64,000 nt of DNA. It comes from a virus (lineage: Duplodnaviria > Heunggongvirae > Uroviricota > Caudoviricetes). The notes beneath the pieces were generated by a model. That model searched no databases. It saw only the letters and a program-made list of their open reading frames with translations, and was not told where the DNA came from. The position numbers and the translations under genes are program-made. The stretch lies in the IMG/VR virus record IMGVR_UViG_3300031134_000466; one strand, 5' to 3'. Positions 18,430-26,371 of the stretch are shown one piece after another. Each line of letters starts with the position of its first letter. Within the stretch, counting starts at the first letter, position 1.

Positions 18430-21147
18430 ATGGCCACCCTCATCGGCGTATCAGGAAAAATTGCGTCAGGTAAAGATTACTTGACTGACAAGCTTGTAAA
18501 CGAACTGAAACGTCTTGGTTTTACCATCGACTACACAGCCTTCGCTGCACCCCTGAAGCAGGAACTCAACGAAATCATCTCTCTGATTCGAGCTTTCCCT
18601 GAACAGGATGAACTGACTCTTTCTTTCTCCATCGCTCGTAATCTGGACATCAACTACGATGATGCTCTTCTGATTGCTACTAATCTGAGAACAGAAGTGC
18701 TTGCAGATGAAACTCTCAACGGTTACTCACGAACAGTCAAAATTCGTGAATCTCTTCAGTATCTTGGTACAGAGATTCGCAGGAAGCAGCGTCCTGAATA
18801 CTGGACTGACTTGTTCTTGAACTTCGTCAACAATTCAGAAACAGATTTCATTTTCGTTTCAGATGCACGTTTTCCTAATGAAATGGACACGGTTGTCGAC
18901 AATCAAGGTGTTGCTCTACGTCTTGACATTCCAGAAGAAGTTCTTGCAGAGCGTCGAAACAAGCGTGACGGCATCAAATACACTGATGAGCAGTTGAATC
19001 ATATCTCAGAAACTGCACTGGATGATTACACCAAATTTGACATGATGATTGGTGTGCAGTTCAACGAACGTGAAATCGTAGAGAATATCCTGAAAAAAGT
19101 TGAACGACTTCAGGAACTTCCTGCAAAAGCTTCTCGCGTCCTGAAAGCCAAAATCGCAGAGCATACACCTTCAGTGTCAGATAAGAAAGATGTTTACCCA
19201 GAGGTGAATTTACCTGAAGGCCAGTACAAAGTGTTGTCTTTGTTTGCAGGTGCAGGTGGATTAGATTTAGGTTTTGAGTTAGCTGGATTAGAAGCAGTTC
19301 ACGGTAAAGAAAAAGTGGACGCTGCTTACAAAGACAAAAAAGCATTTGACGAGCTCCGCAAAGAGAACCTCATTCACACGGTCTACGTAAATGACAACTT
19401 CAAAGATGCAATAGCTTCCTACCGTCAGAACTTTCCTGAAACGTTTATTGACGAACGAGATATCAAAAAAATCAGCAGCTTCCCTGATGCAGACCTTCTG
19501 TTAGGTGGATTCCCTTGCTTCCCTAAAGGAACAGGTGTAGCTACAGAGACAGGTTACAAAAACATTGAAGATGTCGAGAAAGGTGATTTTGTTCTCACTC
19601 ATGAAGGTCGTTACCGTGAAGTAACAGACACCATGACACGCAATGTGAACAAATCAGCCACTCTACATGCTTACGGTTCTCTTCCTTTGGTCTCAACGGT
19701 GAATCATCCTTACTGGGTGAAAGAAACTGTCGATTCTGAACCTAAATGGGTTCATGCTGAGAACATTCAGCCAGGTTGGTTTGTGTCTCATCCAATCAGC
19801 ACATTCAGTACAGATGAAGTAACCGAAAAAGAAGCCAAGTTTGCTTACTTAGCCGGCGTCTTCGCTCAGTGTGGTACAAAAACTTTGAACGACGAGCACA
19901 AGCCAAGCTATCTCACTCCTTACAATGATGAGGAGTTCCTGGCTTTGCTGGCTGAAATTGATGCTGTCTGTTCAAAAGAAGGCAAAAACGTCATCGTCCA
20001 CAGTGAACAGCTGAACAAGATGATGAAATTGTTCGGAACTACCAAATGGAACAAAGTCATTCCTGAAGAGGTCCACCAGAAACCACGAGCTTGGCAGAAA
20101 GCTTTCCTTGACGGCTTCCTGTTCCACAACTCTGACCAGGAAGTGCACAGCAAGAACTTGGCTGTTGGCGTGGCTCGAATTATTCGTAGTTTGAACCCTA
20201 CACAGGATGTTATCGTGTCCTCACCCAAATACAGTTCCTGGATTGTAACTGCAACTGACACTACCGTAGCTCATCATGATGACAACTATGTATGGGTTCC
20301 TGTGGAGCGTTTGCAAGTAAGAAACGAAATGGGAGTACTTCCTGTTTACGATATTACTGTAGCCGAAGACGAATCATTCGTAGCAGATGGATTTGTAGTT
20401 CACAACTGCCCTGGCTTCTCAGCAGCAGGTCTTCGCATGTTAGATGACCCTCGCAACTTCCTGTACCTGCATTTCGTACGAGCTGTTGTTGACGCTCAAC
20501 CAAAGATTTTCGTAGCAGAAAACGTAAAAGGTCTACTCACTCATGGTCAAGGTGAAGCTTTCAACCAGATAGTCGAAGACTTTGCAGCAGCAGGTTACAC
20601 CATCTACTACAAGCTGATGAAAGCAATTCAGCATGGTGTACCTCAGATGAGAGAGCGATTGATTATTGTTGGTGTGCGAAACGACATTGATTTTGAATAC
20701 CAGCATCCTGCTGCCACTCATGGTGAAGGTCTACTTCCATACAAAACTCAAAGAGACGCTTTCTACGATTTGAGGGACCTGAACGATGAACACTACGAAG
20801 GAGACTTCTCTTCTCGCTACCGTTCCAGAAGGTTCAAACTGGACTGGGATGTACCGTCAAAGACCATTTTGGCAACAGGGCGGCACCTGCCTTTGCACCC
20901 TGACGGAGTGCCTCAGGAGAAGCTGGAGCAGGACTTGTGGAGTTTAGACGCTGCAGACCGTAGATTCACTGTAAGAGAAGCTGCACGAATCCAGACATTC
21001 CCTGACTGGTATGATTTCGTGACAACCTCTCGCGGAACAACCAACACAGTCCTGGAGAAACAGTACCGTCAGATAGGTAACGCTGTTCCTGTCGAACTGG
21101 GACGAGTTGTTGCTGAACCTATTGTTCAGTTCCTGAAAAGTCTGTAA
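18430..21147 (+). CDS. Fusion protein: T4 gp1-like dNMP kinase (N-terminal) + DNA (cytosine-5)-methyltransferase interrupted by an intein
   Basis: N-term GVSGKIASGKDY...AAPLKQEL and SDARFPNEMD match dNMP-kinase P-loop and DxR motifs; MTase motif I FAGAGG, motif IV GGFP-C...PGFSAAG (split by intein), ENV (motif VI), QMRER (VIII), GNAVPV (X); one continuous frame. Confidence 0.85.
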   Translation: MATLIGVSGKIASGKDYLTDKLVNELKRLGFTIDYTAFAAPLKQELNEIISLIRAFPEQDELTLSFSIARNLDINYDDALLIATNLRTEVLADETLNGYSRTVKIRESLQYLGTEIRRKQRPEYWTDLFLNFVNNSETDFIFVSDARFPNEMDTVVDNQGVALRLDIPEEVLAERRNKRDGIKYTDEQLNHISETALDDYTKFDMMIGVQFNEREIVENILKKVERLQELPAKASRVLKAKIAEHTPSVSDKKDVYPEVNLPEGQYKVLSLFAGAGGLDLGFELAGLEAVHGKEKVDAAYKDKKAFDELRKENLIHTVYVNDNFKDAIASYRQNFPETFIDERDIKKISSFPDADLLLGGFPCFPKGTGVATETGYKNIEDVEKGDFVLTHEGRYREVTDTMTRNVNKSATLHAYGSLPLVSTVNHPYWVKETVDSEPKWVHAENIQPGWFVSHPISTFSTDEVTEKEAKFAYLAGVFAQCGTKTLNDEHKPSYLTPYNDEEFLALLAEIDAVCSKEGKNVIVHSEQLNKMMKLFGTTKWNKVIPEEVHQKPRAWQKAFLDGFLFHNSDQEVHSKNLAVGVARIIRSLNPTQDVIVSSPKYSSWIVTATDTTVAHHDDNYVWVPVERLQVRNEMGVLPVYDITVAEDESFVADGFVVHNCPGFSAAGLRMLDDPRNFLYLHFVRAVVDAQPKIFVAENVKGLLTHGQGEAFNQIVEDFAAAGYTIYYKLMKAIQHGVPQMRERLIIVGVRNDIDFEYQHPAATHGEGLLPYKTQRDAFYDLRDLNDEHYEGDFSSRYRSRRFKLDWDVPSKTILATGRHLPLHPDGVPQEKLEQDLWSLDAADRRFTVREAARIQTFPDWYDFVTTSRGTTNTVLEKQYRQIGNAVPVELGRVVAEPIVQFLKSL
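19516..20406 (+). mobile_element. Intein (297 aa) with LAGLIDADG homing-endonuclease motifs, inserted at the catalytic Pro-Cys of MTase motif IV
   Basis: Starts with Cys (CFPKGTGVATETG...GDFVL block A), block B TVNH, two dodecapeptide motifs (YLAGVFAQCGT; FLDGFLFHNSD), ends VVHN followed by +1 Cys; excision restores GGFPCPGFSAAG. Confidence 0.8.
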
Positions 21148-21762
21148 TCAGTTGATGGCGTGAATGCGGTTCAACGGCCACATCACGAACTTAGGCTGGC
21201 CCAGGATGCTATCCACTGGCACGAAAGGGTCATTAGGGTGGTACCTGGAGTCAGCTGAGTTCAACCGGTTGTCGCCCAGGACAAACACTTGCCCTGCTGG
21301 GACAGTGTAAGAGAATTCTTTGTTGACATCGTTCACACCATCTTTGATGTAATTCTCATTAAGTTCCTCGCCATTGAGAAGAAGCTTCCCATCATCAGAG
21401 CAGCAAGAGATGGTGTCACCACCAACAGCTATCACACGTTTCACAAACACTGTTCCAGCAGGTTCACCCCAAGATGCTGGAGGGTTGAAAACGACAACAG
21501 TGCCACGGTCAGGAGCCTGCCTGTTGTCCAAAGCAGGAACAGATACCATGTAATCCTTGACTTGCAAAGTATTCGTCATGGAGGAAGAAGGGACAACATA
21601 GCTGTCCACGAAGAATAGATTCAGAATGATTCCTACTACCAGACCAAAGATGATCGTGTCGAGGAAACCAATTTTGTGTTTTTTCTTAGAACGAGTTACA
21701 ACCTCAGAGGAGGGGGTAATGTCGTCGTCCATCAAAATTCTTCCTATCATTACAGTAACCAT
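21148..21762 (-). CDS. Signal peptidase I (S26 family)
   Basis: N-terminal TM anchor, catalytic Ser box SSSMTNTL, Lys box VFVKRVIAVGGD, box D/E GDNRLNSADSRY. Confidence 0.8.
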   Translation of the reverse strand: MVTVMIGRILMDDDITPSSEVVTRSKKKHKIGFLDTIIFGLVVGIILNLFFVDSYVVPSSSMTNTLQVKDYMVSVPALDNRQAPDRGTVVVFNPPASWGEPAGTVFVKRVIAVGGDTISCCSDDGKLLLNGEELNENYIKDGVNDVNKEFSYTVPAGQVFVLGDNRLNSADSRYHPNDPFVPVDSILGQPKFVMWPLNRIHAIN

Positions 21763-21881
21763 TCTGGGTACTGGATCGTTCTATATGTCTGCCGTGCTGA
21801 TATTAGAAACAGCAGCAAAGTGGGCTAAATCAGAAAAACTGTAGAATAGCTACAGTGTAACACAACAAATTAGGGTTTTCA

Positions 21882-23186
21882 TTGATTTCAACACTACGAC
21901 ACTCCCAGAAATTTCAAGACAGCTTTGTTGTCTGGATTTTTGTACTTCTTTTCGCCGGTCAGGGTTTCAGGAACCTAATCGGCCTCATCTGTTACGGCAC
22001 TATCAGCCTGGTGACTGTAAGCGTAGCCGTTTGGCTCTTTTGGAATACCTGGAGTAAACGCCGAACCCCGTTTTTGCTGGGTGCTTTTGTAACTTTAGCA
22101 GCTCTGTCCACAATTTGGTCCACTTACCGTCTGGAAACATTCATAGCCAGTATCATTCTGGCGGCCACCAGCCTCATAGGACTTTTAGTTGCCTCAGCTT
22201 ACAAATGGAAAAAACTGATAGTCCTTTTAGGTTACGGACTGCAAATCTGCGTGGTCGGCAGTTTAGTCTTTGAAACAATCGTCGCCACTGTGTTTAGGAG
22301 ACCAGTTCTACCTGTCTTCATGGAATTTGTGGGCCTTACTGACATTGAGAAAAATTCTGGTGTGTTGAACTGGTCAGAGAACAATTTGTTTGCAGGTGGT
22401 CCAATTCAGGGTTTCATGGGTAACAGAAACTTGTTAGGTTTTGTTGCATTGCTTCTAATTGTTGTGTCAGTAGTGACTTTGTTGGAGAAACTCACAAACA
22501 AATGGGTGAGCCTTAGCTGGATAGCTGTAGGGTTAGGAACACATTTTCTGACAGTCTCAGCTACCATCTCTTTGGCTCTGCTGGCTGTTGTCATCATCGT
22601 TGCTGGTGCGATGTTTATACGATTTACGCCAGAAAAGTTCAGACGGATAACATCCTGGTCCTTCGTGGGACTCTGTATCGTTCTTGGTGTTGCTGCGTTG
22701 AAGAACTACGACAAACTGTTTGGTGTTTTTGACCGTGACCCGAACCTTACTAACCGCACTGAAATCTGGAAACGAGTGGCTGATCTGGCTTTGCAGAAAC
22801 CTGAAGGTTGGGGATGGGTTAGTTACTGGCCTGTATGGAAAGAGCCTTTCAACGGAATACTCACATTAGGTGGAGTGCCTGTAGCTCATGCCCATAATGC
22901 ATATTTGGATGTATGGTTCCAACTGGGTGTAGTTGGCGTCATTCTTCTAGCAGCTATGACTTTGTACATTTTAGGAAGCTCTTGGCGTTTAGTGGAACAT
23001 GCAGGAAGGAGTTCAAGCTTCTTACCTCTTGGTTTGTTCCTTCTTGGTGGTTGCTTGTTCATTCAAGCTCTTACAGAATCCCGTCTGCTACTTGAGGGTA
23101 ATTGGATGCTGTTGACTGTGTTGCTTGTGTATACGCCATCTGCTTTCCGAAAAACAAACCTGAAGGCGTTAGAGCCGATATCGTAA
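21882..23186 (+). CDS. O-antigen ligase/Wzy_C-family polytopic membrane protein (PglL/PilO-like O-oligosaccharyltransferase candidate)
   Basis: About 10 TM helices and a periplasmic-loop motif AHAHNAYLDVWFQLGVVG matching the Wzy_C H-N-x-x-L signature. Confidence 0.55.
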   Translation: MISTLRHSQKFQDSFVVWIFVLLFAGQGFRNLIGLICYGTISLVTVSVAVWLFWNTWSKRRTPFLLGAFVTLAALSTIWSTYRLETFIASIILAATSLIGLLVASAYKWKKLIVLLGYGLQICVVGSLVFETIVATVFRRPVLPVFMEFVGLTDIEKNSGVLNWSENNLFAGGPIQGFMGNRNLLGFVALLLIVVSVVTLLEKLTNKWVSLSWIAVGLGTHFLTVSATISLALLAVVIIVAGAMFIRFTPEKFRRITSWSFVGLCIVLGVAALKNYDKLFGVFDRDPNLTNRTEIWKRVADLALQKPEGWGWVSYWPVWKEPFNGILTLGGVPVAHAHNAYLDVWFQLGVVGVILLAAMTLYILGSSWRLVEHAGRSSSFLPLGLFLLGGCLFIQALTESRLLLEGNWMLLTVLLVYTPSAFRKTNLKALEPIS

Positions 23187-23188
23187 CC

Positions 23189-23380
23189 ATGACTACGAAT
23201 GACCTTGCTCCCATGCAACTACCTCCTTTTAAAGAGGGGGAAATGAAGAAAGTTGCTTTAGGGTTCCGTGAAGTTGACGGTAAAGTGGAAGTGACAGTGA
23301 CTTCACACAATATGAACGATGATATTAACGAAATTGCTGTGTTCTTGTCATTTGCGTTGGAAAAAATGCTCGAAGACTGA
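23189..23380 (+). CDS. Small hypothetical protein (63 aa)
   Basis: ATG 2 nt after upstream stop; longer in-frame ORF from 23102 overlaps the previous gene. Confidence 0.3.
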   Translation: MTTNDLAPMQLPPFKEGEMKKVALGFREVDGKVEVTVTSHNMNDDINEIAVFLSFALEKMLED

Positions 23381-23433
23381 TATGGTGTGCAGCAGATAAG
23401 ATTTTTCTTGCTATCTGTTAGGAATACAAAACT

Positions 23434-24246
23434 ATGTGCAAACGCAAACCATACCCTCGTTGCAGCTACCATGCTCGCATCAAACTTGAAGCTGCAGAAA
23501 AGTCTGGTGATCTTGAACGCATCAAGCTTGCAAGAAGGAACTATTTCACTTCATTAGCTGGTATTGCTGACCTCAAAGCTCAGGGTAAAGATGCATTAGC
23601 TGCAAAATATGAGACTCGTAGAGCAAATCTCATTGCTCAAGCTGAACGTGAGACTAACCTCCGCAAGACACCCCTGGTTTTGGCGTTGGATGTAGACAAC
23701 ACCAGTGGTGACTTCACAGAATCCATTCGTAACCATGTCATGAAGACACAAGGACTTACTCCTGAACAGGCTGAAACACTTCTTCCTAGCCCTCCAACTC
23801 ACTACTCTTTCGTAGACTCAGGCTGGTTCACTGACGTTAACTCATTCCTGGATGCTTTCCATTCAGCGGAAGAGAATGGTGTTTACTCCAAGATGAAAGC
23901 TTTTGACGGAGTAAGCAAGACTCTTCGCACTTTGGTCAGTAATCGTGACGTTGAAGTTCGTGTTGTGACGGCCCGTGGTAACAGATGGAATGAAGAGACC
24001 CGTCAGTGGTTGCGTCGTCATCGTATTCCTTTCACTTCCATCACTCACACTGAGGACAAAGAGAAAGTCCCAGGTATCGATGTGTACATTGATGACTCTG
24101 ACAAGCAGATTAACACTCTGCAGAAGAACGGTAAGACAGTTATTGCGTTCGAGAATGCATACAACGCAACTGTTCCTTCTAAGTATCGTGTAAAGAAGTG
24201 GAAAGAAGTGCCGGCAGTTCTGAAACTCATCGCACAAGCCAAATAA
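23434..24246 (+). CDS. HAD-superfamily phosphatase carrying the N-terminal Cys-KP-RCS-H module shared with the three ADP-ribosyltransferases
   Basis: N-term MCKRKPYPRCSYHA; HAD motif I LDVDNT, motif II VVTARG, motif IV YIDDSD. Confidence 0.7.
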   Translation: MCKRKPYPRCSYHARIKLEAAEKSGDLERIKLARRNYFTSLAGIADLKAQGKDALAAKYETRRANLIAQAERETNLRKTPLVLALDVDNTSGDFTESIRNHVMKTQGLTPEQAETLLPSPPTHYSFVDSGWFTDVNSFLDAFHSAEENGVYSKMKAFDGVSKTLRTLVSNRDVEVRVVTARGNRWNEETRQWLRRHRIPFTSITHTEDKEKVPGIDVYIDDSDKQINTLQKNGKTVIAFENAYNATVPSKYRVKKWKEVPAVLKLIAQAK

Positions 24247-24260
24247 CAAACCATCAATAT

Positions 24261-24300
24261 GGCGGTCCAGGATGCTAATTGTCCTGGGCCGCCCTTGTTT
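24261..24300 (+). terminator. 12-bp stem-loop (one G.U) followed by T-tract
   Basis: ggcggtccagga ... tcctgggccgcc cttgtttt. Confidence 0.5.
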
Positions 24301-24391
24301 TCTCAATTAGGTGTTATGGGAACCTGTGAAAAGCTTGTTAATTACCGATACTTTTTTCAGCTACCTAACCCCCTTAGAGAGAAGAATCTGT

Positions 24392-26083
24392 ATGTCTGCT
24401 GGCAGCACGCACCCGACTATTCAAAACTACACAAAAATACGAGCAGCTTTTAGCTCCTCACAAGCCGCTATCGACTTAGCTTCCATCATGGTGGGTGTCA
24501 TCGTAATCGGACTTATTGGTGGAGTAATCTCTGCCACAGTATTCGCTATCATTCCTTGGGCACAGGACAAAGCAGCGAAAGCATCTCTCTCCTCAGTACA
24601 CACAGCAGAATCAGCATATGCTGGGTTCAGTGTTGGTGATGACGGAGAGAAGAAACAAACTTTTGGTAACTACGACGACTTGAAAGCTGAACATGGAGGT
24701 TTGCTTCAAGAATCTGAACGTCTAATAGTTTCCACCGGAACAAACAACAAAGACTGCTATGTTGCTGTCATTACCTCAGAGACAGGAAACCGTTTCTGGA
24801 TTGACAACAAGATCAGTGCACCTCGCATGTACCAAGAAGGTGACCAGTCAGAGTGTCTGAACCTTGAAGACATGTTCGGTGATGACAACGGTGGTATTGG
24901 ATACAACTCCTCCCTTGATGGTACTTACTTCGAAGGGCAAGGTTTTGCAGCTGTTGTTCACATTCGTAACAGTGCAATCAACTATGGTGTTGAACCAGAC
25001 CCAACTTGTGAGCCTACTGACCCAGCCACACAGGTAACACAGGTAAAAGCTTACTTAGACAGTGAAGAAATTGAAATTGCTGGTAGCTGGGAATACATGC
25101 AATCATCAGACGGAATTCAGACAGCAGTAGGCATCCAAACCACTAACGGATACATTGGTGCTACCACAGAGGAAGCTCAAACTTTCGCTGAAAGAGGACA
25201 AGTAATTTTCTTACCAGCTGGTTGTGCTGATTCAATCACCATCAACGTATCAGGAACATCCACTCCTCCAGGTGGTGACGACGGCGGTGGTGACCAACCT
25301 GTTGAACTATGCAGCAAGTACAATAACATGTTCACTGACGCCCAAACAACCAGTGAAACCACTGGAACTACTTTCTATGTTGACCCAAGCTGCAACACCA
25401 GCATGACTGCAATGTTCACATCCTTTGAGTCGATGTTCCAAACAATGGGACAGCCAACACTTACCGCTCGTACTGACGGTTGCTGGTCAGAACAGGGAAC
25501 TTATAAGAAAGTTGCCTGTGACCCAACAGGACAAGCTTACTACTACAGCCCAGGAAGCATGGAACAGTTCTGGACTTCAGCTAACGGAACAACAGTTGAA
25601 TTGTACCTCAACGGTTCAAGTACCCCATTCTTCTCCCAGGCATCAAACACTCCAAGTGAGTTCTACTACGAAGTTCCTCGTGAAGATAGGACAGATTCCT
25701 ACACTCAGAGCTCATACAACGCTGACGCTCCAACTGTCGGAATTGATGTCACAAGTAGCTACAGAATGACCAACTTCTACCGTGCAGCTAAACCAGCTGC
25801 AGGAACAACTTCAAACTCTTGCTTGGATGAACTTCAAGCGGGTAAGCTTCCAACCACTTACCAAGGCGAGTATGGTGTAGCTAACTGCCAAGGTGAAGAT
25901 GACTTCCGTATCTATGACTGGGACATCTCAGGTAACTTCGGTAATGCCGATGAAGCAACTTACGAAAACATCAAAACAGTCAGTGAACAAGGCGGTATGG
26001 TCAAGTTCACAACAACAGAAGGTAAAACTTCAACCATCCAGCTGAACCCAGGAGCTTTGAACCCAGAACCACAAGCTTCATAA
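24392..26083 (+). CDS. Pilin/pseudopilin-like anchored surface protein, paralog C, with Cys-rich C-terminal domain
   Basis: SSSQAAIDLASIMVGVIVIGLIGGVISATVFAIIPWAQDKAAK...VHTAESAYAGF matches first 60 aa of paralogs A/B; rest unrelated, at least 10 Cys; ATG 24392 chosen over the longer TTG-initiated ORF at 24311. Confidence 0.55.
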   Translation: MSAGSTHPTIQNYTKIRAAFSSSQAAIDLASIMVGVIVIGLIGGVISATVFAIIPWAQDKAAKASLSSVHTAESAYAGFSVGDDGEKKQTFGNYDDLKAEHGGLLQESERLIVSTGTNNKDCYVAVITSETGNRFWIDNKISAPRMYQEGDQSECLNLEDMFGDDNGGIGYNSSLDGTYFEGQGFAAVVHIRNSAINYGVEPDPTCEPTDPATQVTQVKAYLDSEEIEIAGSWEYMQSSDGIQTAVGIQTTNGYIGATTEEAQTFAERGQVIFLPAGCADSITINVSGTSTPPGGDDGGGDQPVELCSKYNNMFTDAQTTSETTGTTFYVDPSCNTSMTAMFTSFESMFQTMGQPTLTARTDGCWSEQGTYKKVACDPTGQAYYYSPGSMEQFWTSANGTTVELYLNGSSTPFFSQASNTPSEFYYEVPREDRTDSYTQSSYNADAPTVGIDVTSSYRMTNFYRAAKPAAGTTSNSCLDELQAGKLPTTYQGEYGVANCQGEDDFRIYDWDISGNFGNADEATYENIKTVSEQGGMVKFTTTEGKTSTIQLNPGALNPEPQAS

Positions 26084-26095
26084 ATAACCAAACTG

Positions 26096-26136
26096 TTGAA
26101 GCCTCCCACCTGTAGTAATAAGGTGGGAGGCTTCAA
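26096..26136 (+). terminator. 16-bp perfect stem-loop
   Basis: ttgaagcctcccacct ... aggtgggaggcttcaa. Confidence 0.5.
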
Positions 26137-26336
26137 CCATGCTAAGATGTATGAAACCCCATACCTAACGAAAGAAATCTATGGACGAGTATTCAGCTTT
26201 TGAGAAACGAAACAAAGTAATTCGAGTCGTCGCAATTGTCACAGTAATAGCTGTTGCCGGCTCAGGAATCGCAGCAGCCTTCTTCGGAGCATTCTAAAAA
26301 TACCTGATGAGAGCGTCTTTTTGATTCAAAATTAGA

Positions 26337-26365
26337 GTTGCAAACCTCCGAAAACGTGCTATAAT
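26337..26365 (+). promoter_or_regulatory. Near-consensus sigma-A/sigma-70-type promoter (TTGC(C)A - 16/17 nt - TATAAT) ending about 7 nt before the PARP ATG; implies a leaderless transcript
   Basis: ttgc(c)aaacctccgaaaacgtgc TATAAT aagagc ATG; no room for a Shine-Dalgarno. Confidence 0.45.
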
Positions 26366-26371
26366 AAGAGC

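Noticed and set aside
18430-21147. Interpretation of the MTase interruption as a frameshift or pseudogene, or as two separate genes
   Set aside because: The reading frame is continuous, the insert has canonical intein termini (Cys1 ... HN / Cys+1) and excision precisely restores motif IV.
23102-23380. 92-aa ORF overlapping the end of the Wzy_C-like gene
   Set aside because: Only the distal 63 codons (from ATG 23189) are non-overlapping. Kept as a low-confidence small gene rather than the full ORF.
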